Positions 50,101-60,763 of a stretch of DNA of 64,000 nt are shown piece after piece. The notes below the pieces were generated by a model, which ran no database searches, was not told where the DNA came from, and was given only the letters and a program-made list of their open reading frames with translations. Position 1 is the stretch's first letter. Each line of letters starts with the position of its first letter. Source of the stretch: Klebsormidium nitens (lineage: Eukaryota > Plantae > Klebsormidiophyceae); NCBI GenBank assembly GCA_000708835.1, contig DF237412.1, forward strand, positions 11,247 to 75,246, read 5' to 3'. Both the position numbers and the translations under genes were made by a program.

Positions 50101-51947
50101 CTTGATTGCTTCTAGTGCTTTATAGGCTGTGAGCGCTGTCTCTGGCTCCTTCACTGTTCTCAAGAAGAAGCGCAATGCCCCATCTAGTTGGACGCCTAGC
50201 CGCTCTTGTTGATCTGCCAACATCTGAGCTTCCGCTTGAAGTCCAGAATCAATAAGCACCCTTAATAGACTAATGAAACTAACAATGGGTAGTGGCGGGG
50301 CTCGTTCTTGTAGATCCAGCATCTCACGGACAATCTCCCGCGCCTCATTCGCCCGGCCCAGCTCAACAAGTGCACGGACTAGTTTCTTTTTTTGATCCAA
50401 AGGATACCTATATTTCAAACTTAGAAACTCCTCAACTGTAATACCAGAGGTCAAAAGGGCTCCCACTGTGGGCCACTCGATTGTCAGCCCCGTCTTTTCG
50501 ACCAAACTCTTATAGAGTGCCCAGACTTCGTCTCGCGAGCGGCCTTGCGCATGCATTGCCTTGATTACTAGGTTCGCACTATTTGAAGATGTCGACCAAC
50601 CGTTTGCTTGCACTTCCTCGTACATCTTAAGGACTTGTTCAAACATGTTGGCCCGGAGACAGGCAGCGAGGAAGATGGGGATGAGCCGTTTATTCCTTTC
50701 AGCGCGGGAGCGGTACCTGAGTGGAAGACAAGATGCAAAAGGCGATCCTTAACTGAGTGCTGACTTTCATTCCATTCATATAAAAATCCTACCAGGGGAC
50801 GCACCCCGGTACAGAGCATTGAGATTTCTGGAAGGGCAGTAGACTATTTAGAATCGTTGTATAGAGAGGCCATTCAGTAAAGCTGGTGAGAGAATCAAAG
50901 GAACCCTTGAGCAATTCCAAATTTACAATCAGGTTCTACAGACTTAGGAGCATGGCTTGTTGAAAGCGACTCATTACATTTGAAGTAAGCGATTCCAGCA
51001 GCTTTTCTGTTAAGGTCGTGATTGCAAGAACCATTAGTGCCAAATTGCAAGCTACTTGAGGCAACACCTGAGCAAAAACACTAGGTGAGGATGCAGATAG
51101 ACTCGCAAGAGTGAAGTTGCAAAACATAGTTGTGTAGATGTCTCGACTACTCTTCGTCGTACCTGTCCCACAGCCTGGAGATTGCATCCGTGTATCTCGC
51201 CGCTCGGAGGGCCTGCAGAACTGGACTAAACAACATATCCACAGAATTGCTCGAGTCCTGAGGTTGCTTTGAGAGCCACCAGTCAAGTACATTTAGAGCC
51301 CGCTGTGCATCCTCTGTGCTGCACCGGTATGTGGTTTCTCCCAAGTTAACCCTCTGTTTGGCGCTCTTGTCCCTCCTAGAGTTTTCCAGCGGGTCTGAGA
51401 GTTGGTACAGGGCACTAGCCAGTGATCTGACACCAAACGGTCGTCCACCTATTGTTCCGTTCGGCAGCCTCTCATCCAGATCCGCGTCCGGGGGCCACTC
51501 TCTCAAGCTCCGCAAGAGCTCCCCCCTGAGCACTTTCTCCTCTCTCCATTCAGACGGCCTCCAAAGGGAATTGTCCTCATTGTTTTGCCCACTCGCCCTT
51601 CTTAGCTTCTCTGCCCCTTGTTCTTTGAGGTCTTCTGCGTCCTCTTTTTCCGCCGCTGCTATAGCGCTTGCCCCGAAGGTGCGGGAGTGCCCGCCGGAAA
51701 TGTCTCCAGGAGACCTCACGAATCTGATGGCAGACTTTGCACATGCTGGCAGGACTAAGTAGGAAAAACGAGCAACCCCCCAGCTGAACGGCTGGTGGCA
51801 ATTCCCCAATGCATGTAGTGCGCCAGTGCCATTGGCCTCTGCCTCCAACATGCGCTTTGTGTCGAGGAAAGCGATGCAAGCCGGTCTACAGGCCTGCAAG
51901 ACCACCCTGCTTAGCCCAATGGAGCGGGCACCCAAATTTAGCGCCAT
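47180..51947 (-). CDS. PPR-like (pentatricopeptide) helical-repeat protein, probably organelle-targeted; 3' end unresolved
   Basis: Exons 51947-51163, 50716-50014, 49139 to about 48963, and 48568 to about 48209 join in phase. Degenerate PPR-like units include LIPIFLAACLRANMFEQVLKMYEEVQANGWSTSSNSANLVIKAM and KLVRALVELGRANEAREIVREM...IVSFISLLRVLIDSGLQAEA. Confidence 0.75.
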
Positions 51948-52165
51948 GCTTTGTCCAAGACAGTCGACATCCGCCAGGAAGCTACAGGCCTCATCCAAGT
52001 TCTCGAGAAGAATGCAACCTCACAGATTGCTATATAGTATACCTAGGGTCCTATGTTTTCAAAGTTTTCTCGAGCATCACGAGCAAGCAGCCTCTTTGGA
52101 TCGACGGCAATGCACGGTAGGATGAGTACTACCGGTCGTTGCTGGCATGGAGTCGAACTCAATTA

Positions 52166-52736
52166 GGGGAAGGTCATTTTGAATTGGTAACCCCCCCCTA
52201 TTTATTTGCGAGGGGGGGAGCCTGGGGCTTGAAGCCCGCCCTGGGGTCCCCATGGGGTAGGGGCCTTCCCCCCCTTTCACAGCGAGCGTGCCTAATGGGG
52301 GGGGGACCCATTGAGTCTGGTCTTCAGGCAGCCCAAGGGCGGGGGACAGGTCGCCAGACTTTAGTTTTCATGTACAAATCTGGGTTTTGGAAGCCAAATC
52401 ACGCTTGAATCGGCGATCTTGCCTCGAATTTCTTAAAAATCGGCATGAATTTCACCCAGAATACCCACATCTTGACCGAATATGGAGAAAATCCGACTGA
52501 AACCAACTCTCTCTCATGCCCGCATGGCAAAAAACTCCTCCTTTTTAAAATTTCTGGTAGAAAAGAAGGGGGGGGTACCCTGGGCCCTGATCGACAAAAT
52601 TTAAAGGGGGGGGGGGGGCAGAGGGCTCCCAAAAATTCCGGCTGTAGGTATGGGGGGAGTAGTAAGTACCAAGGGCTCTTGGCGAAAACCCCTCACAAAT
52701 AAATAGGGGGGGTACGCTTTCAAAGTGACCTTCCCC
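52166..52736. mobile_element. PIF/Harbinger-type MITE (Tourist-like), 571 bp
   Basis: About 55-bp TIRs (GGGGAAGGTCATTTTGAA...CCCCCCTATTTATTTGCGAGGGG / CCCCTCACAAATAAATAGGGGGGG...TTCAAAGTGACCTTCCCC), flanked by TTA at 52163-52165 and 52737-52739. No coding capacity. Confidence 0.92.
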
Positions 52737-52747
52737 TTAGAGGAGAA

Positions 52748-54300
52748 CTAAGTTCGCCCGGGGGATGTTGCCTTGCCTCGATCAAGAGGACCGGCGGCCT
52801 CCCGGCAGTAATAGAATTTTACGGTGACGCACATGCCGGGCCCGCCCGGCCCGGCGCGTCCACATGGCTCCATGGCGGCATAATGCAGCTCAGCTAGTGG
52901 CATTTCAATGGAGATTCTCTCAAAGCTGGTCTCATGCAGTTGGATAGGTTCATGAAGGTGCTCAATGAACGCCGTCATGCGCTCAACATGCATGTCATAA
53001 CTCTGCGACGTTGTACCGAGCATGTCAGAGCTCTAGAATATTAGTAGAGTGAGAGCAATAATAGCAAGCTTGAGCAAGTTACCATCAGAGTTATACAATC
53101 TTCGGTGTACATGTATAAGTAGAATCGGGGAATTGGGTCGCAATGACGGCCGCAAGCTCGAGTCCGTACCATACCCGCGAGACGTTTGTACCAATGAATC
53201 CATCTGCCTGCACGAGGTTTGGAATCTTTCGAAGCTATCACTGTGTCCAATCACGTGCACTGGCATTAGGCAATGGATGTCCAAGGCATGTTGCTGGCAT
53301 GTCGCAAGCATTCAAGGAGATCTGGAGGTCCACTTCATTTGAGCTCGCTAACTTGGCTTTATTGACTCAACCAACCAATGGCAATGGATGCTACATCTAC
53401 AAAATTCGGGTTTCTTCATCGTCCCATGCACATACACCATGAAATCGATGCATATACAAGTCGAAACGAGTCAAAAAAGCCGTTCGAACCTTATATTGTG
53501 TTGCAAATATCCATGTTACAGACGGAGGCGGACCGCATGCTCGGAAACAGGGCGCAACCGATTGCTAGTATGTTCTTGCCTCTTGGGATACTCCTGCAAA
53601 GAGGAGATCTTCTAAAAATTTGCAACGGGCTGAAGGCCCAATTTTTGACTTACCGCATCTTGAAAGTGCGGTGTCAGGCCTGCCAATTCCCCTTCGAATG
53701 ACAGAAAGGAGCGAAGTGATATTTGAAGAAATAGGAAAACAGAAACGATTCAACCTTTAGCCGTTCAACCGGATGCAATGCCGGAGTAGTTGCCCAATGA
53801 TACAAGTAGTGACCAGACTGATGTTCGTTGAGCCGGTTGACGCGGATTGTGCGATGCCCAACTAAGCGGAGAAAGGATTCCAGCGAAGGTAGTCGAACAA
53901 CATTTGATTTCGCCGACCATGCGGTACCGACTTTGTTGGTATCGAAGGAAGTGCCTGTTACTGTTTCTAGACGCAATCTATATCCAGATCAAACACACAA
54001 CGTGTGGCACAGGTTGAGAATACTCCGCAAGTACAAAAGAAAACAAATTGCGGTTGTCGCCTGCATTGACAGTGGTCTGACGAAACAACGGACCGAAAAA
54101 AGAACGAAGCATAGAACGTGGAAACAATGAAGAGAAGGCTTCAATACGCACCAACGAGCTTCGTGGCGGGGATGAGTGTCCATTCCTCGCACATCGCCGA
54201 ACCAAAAGCTATATTCAACCACGGCCTCCAGTAGTCTTGCCAGGCGAGCCCACAAGCTTTGAAGGCAGCGACACCTCGCAAGCAGTACCTGCAAGTAGGA
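52748..54300 (-). pseudogene. Multi-exon coding-like remnant, family not established
   Basis: Exon-like blocks with splice sites (YCLRGVAAFKACGLAWQDYWRPWLNIAFG...; ...HQSGHYLYHWATTPALHPVERLK; ADGFIGTNVSRVWYGLELAAVIAT...*), but no uninterrupted model. Confidence 0.3.
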
Positions 54301-57300
54301 ATCCATGGATTGTCCAAAGTTTCTGCTTACCGTTCGGATACCTGCTTGGCACAGATTAGGGTCAACAAGCCCCCCGTAAGTTCCAATCCCGGCTCCGTTG
54401 CAGCCTCCGCTTTCAGATCCAATCAAATACCGTTCAAAAGATACGGCTATCCTCCTCACCCCTGAAGAAGTTTGACTGCAGGAAGGGACAGGTAGGTCGC
54501 ACTGACACAAAGAACTCAAAGGCGACTCAATGAGGGTTTCCAGAGTGGATAGTCATATGCTTGTTTCAACTGGAACGTCCCTAGTTACGAGCCACGAAAC
54601 AGTGGTGATCAGATGCAGGAGAAACCGGCAACTCAGCTGAAAGTGAGTCTAACGATATCCCCTCCCTTTCTCCGCGCAGATTGTTCTCCAGTCCGCCATC
54701 TCCCCGTCGCCAAAGTTTGCACGTTATAAGCGACTGCCCTCAGTGTAGCTTACGGAAGGCATCTCAGAGTGAACGATGCAAGCATCCATGGTCGCCCCGC
54801 TCGCAGCATGAATGAAAGAGGCACGCCGGAAGAGGGAGCGCCGTCGCATGGTGGAGCACGACATAGTTTTCGGTCTCATATACTATAAGGGCCATGTATC
54901 ATTGAGAAATATGACACAGAATATGTTAACCAAGAAAATTCACCCGTTCTACACCCGTACCCACTCTAAACCTTCTAACGAATCTTACCCGTCATATGAA
55001 GGGGCCTCGTTCATGAGTCGCGGAACGCATGGGTTCAAAAACTCTGAGAACGAGACCCGGAGACAGCAACGCGCACCTGGTACGGCATGAGGCAAAGAGG
55101 CTGCCACGTGGCCCTGACCGAGAAGGGGTCCGATGAGCTGGGTGGTGGCACGGGGCCACCAACAGCTCCACCGCTAGCGCCGCATCCAAGGGGTCCCTAG
55201 CCGCGTGACCTGCGCACGACACACTAGCCGTTAGCACGAGCACTGTGCGTGAGATAAAAGTATCGGGTGCTTTGCAGTCCAAGCGCGTGCTGGCCGGCTG
55301 GGCTTAGTGGGGACAAGCGGCTACTCAACGTGAATTGTTGGTCCAGCGTCCTGCTGGCCGTATAGTCGAGGGGTACCACGACATAGTCCCCCAAGGACAT
55401 GCGCACAGCCCCCTAACCAGCACTGGGAGGCGCGGGAGAGGAACTCGGCAAGAGGAAGCAATGGGGCCCGCATCATGGCGCATGACAAGAAAGGTGTCGG
55501 AGCCGACACGCATTGATGGCCGTCCAGCGCCAGGGTGAGGCGCCGCCATCCAGCCAGGTGCAAACAAGACGAGAGTCCTGAGAGAACGAGACGAGGATTG
55601 AGGCATACTGTACAATTTAAACTGCTGAAGCATCGAGAGCATTCGTAGTCGGGGTCGCCGCCTTGTACAGCACGGCGCGGGGCAGGCAGTACGACACGCG
55701 GCGTCACGGGCACGCCGCTCATAAGGAACATCGACGTCGCTCGCGTGCTGCTCCAGCGCGCCGCGCACTAACTCCAGCTCGGCAGAGGGCTCGCCCCCCC
55801 TCCACGTGGCCCGTCATGGGGAAGCTCAGCCGCAGACCGGTGGCATGCGCCCACGGAAAGTAGCGCGCAGAGCGGCTGCCATCGCCTCCGCTTGAGACGG
55901 ACCCCCCGGCGCCAGGTACTTAACGTGCGTGAACATGGACTGGCACATCCGTAAAGAAAAAAGACACCACGCCGCTGCGAGGGGGAGAAACAAACAGACG
56001 GGCAGGCCTAAGAGCAGCGGAAACGCGTCCACTGTGTGGGGGGCAGTGCACGGCCAGGCCTACCCTGCCCCTCCTACAGCTAAGAGGGCGATCCCTTGTC
56101 TATGGACGAACTTTAAGTCCCTGACGCCCCATGCGAGCAGGGTGCGTGTGTTTCCAAAAGCTCAAATCCGCGCCAGTTATGTCTAAAGTGCCGAGTGCGC
56201 TTACCGAGATGAGCATACAAGAAGCGACGTCCGGCAGAGACCAGCTTGCCATTGTTGAAAGAAGAGCTCGGGGCAGTGGGCGCAGAACGGCCAAATGTTC
56301 AATCAAATTGTTTCTAGTCACAATCACCCGGAACTCAATGGAGAATTGATGAGCTGACCGAAAGGCTTTGGTGGGGCTAAATTGGAAAGTTACGGACCTG
56401 CAGCTTGCATTCGGGCATGCTGTTGACGGAGAGCCTTATAATGGTTTAGGGTTTACCTTCACGCTCTTGACCAATTTGGTGAGCGACTTCTCACGGCAAC
56501 TTACCAAAAGTCCCCCGCTCATACTTGCCTTATTCTTCAAGAGCAATCCGCAGGTCAAACTCTAAGCCAACAAGAGCGTCCTGATCATAAGATCCGCAAG
56601 GAGTACAGGTTCCGTACCTCTTGCGGAGTAAGGCGGGCCAGGTTCAGACTAGCCTAGCAGCCGCTGGCGTAGCAACAGAGTAAGGCCCACTACCGGGCCT
56701 GTCGGCCGGAATGGGTGTTGCGCCACGCGTCACGCACGGCCCCAGCGCGCGAGCCGCCGACCGATTTCTTCCTACAGCTGCAGGGCAGGGAGCGCCCTCC
56801 GGTATGACCGGCTGCGAGGAGACTGGAAGGAGGCGATTGGAAAGCGCTCGTGCAAGTGAGCCAAACGCTAAAGCGAGACTGAGCGGTTGCGGGGGCGGTT
56901 GCAGTGTGCGGCTGCGTGGCTTTCCGGCCTTCTCCTCGCGGCTGTTAAGAACGTCATTCCGCACTAGCTTGTAACAGCAATGAAGAAAGCTTATCAGGCG
57001 ATCCTTTAAGACGCGAAACCTGCTCGCCGAAATTGAGGGTCCTTGAAGATATTACTGGCGAGACTTGAGGCATTGAGCGAGGTCGATTCTCGTTGCAGAG
57101 CTCCAAAACACCTTGTCATAAATAACCGTGACCAATTTGAAATGCAACCTGTAAGACGAACAGAATGGATACTTTGACGAGTTTTGGGTTCCGGAGTAGA
57201 CAAGCATCAGAAGCCCTGGATTGCTGTGAATAATAACTGACTTGGACAAGTCTTGAGACCAGTGCCCTTTGTTTGACATGTAAGACAGCGAAGCATGGTC

Positions 57301-57649
57301 TGACAGACAGGAATGGACATCACTTGGTCCACTGATTGGTGCGAAATTAACAATTGGTCGCTTGCCCTCGCTTACCTGCTAACGTTTCACGACGATAAAG
57401 CGCCAGAGGAACCGCTAAACTTCCAGTAAGCCACCGAAGCGAGGCAGCACAACGGTCATCGACTGTCTTCATAGAGCCTGCAGCACAAAAGAAGCGGACT
57501 TCTGATCTTTGACGCATCAAACGAAACATTTACAGAGCGCGATGAACTTTTGGAATGCGGGTGCAGAGAGGCTGGAAGGCCGTCTTCGAAGCGACTTTTG
57601 GATCTGGGATGCCGAAAAGAACAGTTTCAAAGTTCGACGTCTGCTGTGT

Positions 57650-58310
57650 GGCGGACAAGCTGTACCTTCCGCCTTCTCAGCCTTCTCAATCGTTTGTAGA
57701 GCAAATGATACCAAGGAAACACCAGAAGAGGTCCCAACAACCTTTGTTGTAGTCATTGAAGCTAAAGCCTCATATGATTACGAGTAGGATTGGCACTCAG
57801 GCTCCAGACGTTATGCCTCTTTTAACATCTCTCTTTCCTCCTTCACGACAAAATGCTCTCCAAGTTTGACGCCGAAGAAAGTGTCATTTCGTCCATGCCA
57901 CCATCTTCTCGCAACGCTCACCTTCTTTCCCTAGTTGGCACGTCTGCTCCGGCCGGCCCCTCCTCCATAGTTTCCTCAGAGTTCCCGTTGATTTTTGCTT
58001 TCTCCACCCCCCCTTCGCTTCCCCGCGTTCCTTCGGCTTTACACCTCCGGTCTTCGTTCCTTATCATTCTTGCCGCATTCGAGACATCTCAATCCGGGCG
58101 ACCCGCATCTCTTCCGCCTCTGCTGTGTGGTCGCCGGCTTTCAGCTGCTCCTCCCAGCTCATCTAGAGCCCGTCTCTAACATTGCACTCTCGTCCAGATG
58201 AGCAGGTCCTTGACCAATCCCACCAGCCTTTTGGGCTGTTGGGCCCTCACGTACATAGTCGCCAATCTGACAGGGAACAAGGCATGGGGTACTAAGTCTA
58301 CTTGCCCCAC
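57650..58310 (-). pseudogene. Decayed partial duplicate of the PPR-like gene (copy of the 48209-48568 exon and flanks)
   Basis: RLATMYVRAQQPKRLVGLVKDL...LKAGDHTAEAEEMRVARIEMSRMRQE** aligns with RLASMYLRAHQPEKLVGLVKDM...LKAGDHAAEAEELLVAQKKMSQMRQEW. Acceptor and donor sit at homologous positions; a frameshift and stops are present. Confidence 0.85.
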
Positions 58311-59534
58311 TGACAAAATGAGGTGGAAGAAGCGGTAAGTTACGGTTCCGCTAACGCATGGACTATAACAATCAACTAGAGCCGCGACAAAGACAAGTGG
58401 GTTTGGAGACGATCAATCACTTCTTTCGATCGGCTTTGAGTAGGACGCTCGACTTGGGTTAGCTAAGGCGTACACACATGAGCTCAACGACAACAGCGGG
58501 CCGGAAACAATAGAAGAAACGAGCTTTTTCATGGCATCTCTCTGAGCAATAAAAACATTCTCTAATACCCTAGCCTTCAGCGCCAAGCGAAATCAAACAC
58601 ACCGATCACGCCCCAACTAGGACATCTATAGTTCGTGAGAGACAGCATCGCACTCTTGGAGAGCCACAACCAGCCTAGGCTTAGCCGGCCCGGCCAAGCG
58701 CGACCGTAGGATGAATGATCTGACTCCGCACGGGCGATCGTGGCCGTCGGTCCCAATCATATAATGAATTTTGGGAAAAACGATAGACCCAATCTCAAGA
58801 AGGAAGACGGACGCTGGTTCAGGGCGCTTCGGAGGAGCTATTTTGAATTCCATTTTTTGGCGGAAGAGGTCGTTGCGGCGCCCGTCCACCAACAGATTGG
58901 ATTCTGAAAAGGTGCAAGCGAAGCAAGCACCGACCGATCAGAGTGCACAGCAAGTTTCAACCGCTGGATGCTGGTATTTAGGGCGCCAAGTGATGCAAAG
59001 CGTCGGAGCTGGCTGACCAGGGGGTATGGCCAGCACATCAGTCTTTTGCATGGTCCTCCGCGAGCAATTTTTACTAGTGGCTGAGAAGCGAGCCTTATGT
59101 TCTTGACGATAGGGTCTAAACTTTCACCGCACAGTTTGTTCAGATTCGAAGGGGAGAGGCGGCCAGCTCAGAGCAGGTGCGTGGCATTGGGGTGAAATTG
59201 ACTACTTTGAGATGCATCATTCTCTGCTTTGCTTGCAGCAGCATCTAAGATTATCTGATGGATGCTTCTGGATGCTTTTGAATGCTCTGCCTAGGATCTT
59301 CTTGCCCTGAAGTATCACACACACCTTGCCATTTCAAACATCTGGGTTCCCTGTTCTTTGTGGAGCCCTCCAGCATTGGCTTTCAGAGCTCGAAAGCAGA
59401 GCCTCATCTTGCAAGAAGGGTTGCTGGCTTGTCAGGAGCACACCGCAAGGAATGATTCTGTGAATATGTTCTTACGAGTTTCGTGTGTTGTATGCAGGTG
59501 CTGACTGCTCTGCTGGCTGCTCTGTAGTTTCTGC

Positions 59535-60538
59535 ATGGCGGGTGGGGAGAGAGAGCGCAAAGGCAAGAGGAAGGAGCAAAGGTTTAGTGATCGCCCCCGT
59601 CCAAAAAGAACCAAGGCTGAATTGAAAGAGCTTGCTGAGCGTCGAGAAGGCTTTTATCTTACTGCAAAAGCAGGAACTACCTTCAGTTCCTGTCTAAGGG
59701 ATGGGCACAAGTTGGTCGGAGATCTGAAGGAATGTCCAAAGTGCCATGCCCAGTATGCCAGAGCCCATCTCTCTGAAGCCCTGGGGCCCCAGCAAGAATG
59801 CTTGCATCTTTGATGCAAGAAACATTGCAGCTTTCTGGCGGCGCAAGATTTCCTGGAGGTTGAATAACGCCAGCCACTCGGGCGTGCTCTGGGTTATGCA
59901 GCCGTTTGTTCCTCTGGCAGCTTTCAAAGCCACCTTCTCTGAGGACTGGGATGAGCTTGCTGTCAAAACAGCAACAGTCACAACGCATGTGAAGCTTTTG
60001 GAGACAACCAGAGAAGTAGAGGAGTTCTGCGCTTTCAACCTTGTCAATGAGAAGAGGGGCGCCGGCCCGTGCAAGCTGTTGAGCACTGGCGAGCTTCTAA
60101 TTGTGGTGCCGCCAATTGAGGTCACGCATACCTACAGTAAAGCAGCCGGCGCAAGGGTTCATTTTCTGTATGGATGGGTAAAAATGACAATCGTTGGGAA
60201 CATCAGCAAGACAGAGGGCATGCTCGAACCAGCACAAGGTTGGCGCTTTGTTGAGTGGTGGATCAGGGACAAAGCGTTTGACATGCTTTCTGATCTGGAA
60301 ATGGCAGTCTCGGAAGAGATGGTGGCGGCCTCTGAAGCCAAGCTCAGGAGCGAGTTCCCAAGTGACCAGGCATTTGACATGGCTAGGGTACACAGAAGCA
60401 TGGTGGCTGAGCACTATGTGATGCCGCGCCCTCGGACCAAAGAGCAGGTGGTCAGAATGCGCAAGAAGGCTGCTGAGATGCAGGCGGAGGGTTTGGAGGA
60501 CGGCTTCCATGATGTGCCAATGGCAGAGGACGAAGCAG
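59535..60538 (+). CDS. Unknown protein convergent with the transposase; split into two overlapping frames (59535-59813 and 59746 onward)
   Basis: A basic N-terminus with C/H cluster (SCLRDGHKLVGDLKECPKCH) is followed in the +1 frame by about 260 codons of protein-like sequence, ending at donor GCAG|GTAAGC (60538). Splice-like signals also occur upstream (59176-59498). Confidence 0.5.
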
Positions 60539-60763
60539 GTAAGCCTTTCTCATTGCATGCATATGTAGGTTCAGTACTCAAGGGTTTTGACTCTTCGAAT
60601 GTTGCAAGCAATCATCCTCTCTGCAAATCTTATTCAGCATTCTTTGTGTCACATTGTTTTATGTTCAACTCGTTCTCTACATCTAGCTTTCGCTACATCT
60701 TGCTACCTGTCCTGTCAACTGCGACTGTCAACTGCGAAAGTACCCTGATTAATACAACACTTT

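Noticed and set aside
55708-55771. Ankyrin-like peptide GTPLIRNIDVARVLLQRAAH
   Set aside because: One incomplete unit with no flanking repeats or exon structure.
56446-56454. Telo-box TTAGGGTTT (also AAACCCTAA at 943-951 and 24125-24133)
   Set aside because: Single 9-mers that are not positioned at the start of an identified gene.
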